Assembly: GCA_035402765.1 (NCBI GenBank)
Contig: DAONDX010000009.1
Location: 10,350-74,349 of the forward strand
Reading direction: 5' to 3'
DNA: 64,000 nucleotides
Source of the DNA: Candidatus Omnitrophota bacterium
GTDB lineage: Bacteria > Omnitrophota > Gorgyraeia > Gygaellales > Profunditerraquicolaceae
Part shown: positions 63,973 to 64,000 of the stretch, one piece after another
Layout of the letters: each line of letters begins with the position of its first letter
How positions within the stretch are numbered: position 1 is the first letter of the stretch
The notes under the pieces: model-generated
What the model was told of the DNA's origin: nothing
What the model saw: only the letters and a program-made list of their open reading frames with translations
The model's database searches: none
Made by a program: the position numbers and the translations under genes

Positions 63973-64000
63973 TTTTTATCTAGCGAAGCCCTCCGTAGCC

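Overview
This 64-kb window is almost entirely housekeeping genes from a moderate-GC bacterium (about 43% by eye). Lpt, Mla and Lol genes point to an outer membrane. Roughly 70 genes are called, coding density is high and most genes are on the + strand.

From the 5' end the window contains:
- A compact F-type ATP synthase operon (epsilon, c, b/delta fusion, alpha, gamma, beta).
- A type II secretion / type IV pilus-like pseudopilus cluster (pilB with a C-terminal PilZ domain, pilC, a secreted HExxH protein, a GspG-like major pseudopilin, three minor pseudopilins including a GspK-like one, a PilM-PilN (GspL-like) fusion and a GspM/PilO-like protein). No secretin is present in the window.
- purU, ispH, a polyprenyl synthase, an NDH-2-like oxidoreductase, DoxX, a thioredoxin-fused DsbD/CcdA-like protein with a DUF1573 protein, and htpX.
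- lysS, lolCE and lolD, and a class IV aminotransferase.
- A block with Firmicutes-like gene order: mcsA-mcsB-clpC-(mlaEFD)-radA-yacL-ispD-ispF-cysE-cysS-tmk-holB-ricT-metG-tatD.
- A DUF362/ferredoxin protein, mtnA, thiL, tsaE, tsaB, alr, convergent lptG and lptF, comFC-like, pyrE, an HI0933-family flavoprotein, and a Maf domain fused in frame to an M48 lipoprotein peptidase.
- A GH-A glycoside hydrolase, tRNA-Leu(CAG) on the minus strand abutted by three 52-nt tandem repeats, an AEC-family transporter, smpB followed by tmRNA, an amidase, murI, queD, queC, queE and queF, and a two-subunit class I fumarate/tartrate hydro-lyase.

No CRISPR arrays, rRNA genes, transposases, integrases or recognisable defence genes were found.

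The features most worth a second look are:
- The ATP synthase c subunit lacks any membrane carboxylate, and no a subunit is encoded nearby.
- The PilB–PilZ fusion at the head of the secretin-less pseudopilus cluster.
- An approximately 80-nt conserved element found twice, immediately upstream of htpX and of clpC.
- A family of intergenic hairpins with identical 13-bp stems, present three times.
- The tandem repeats at the tRNA-Leu 3' end.

All calls come from reading the translations and sequence by eye; no searches were run.
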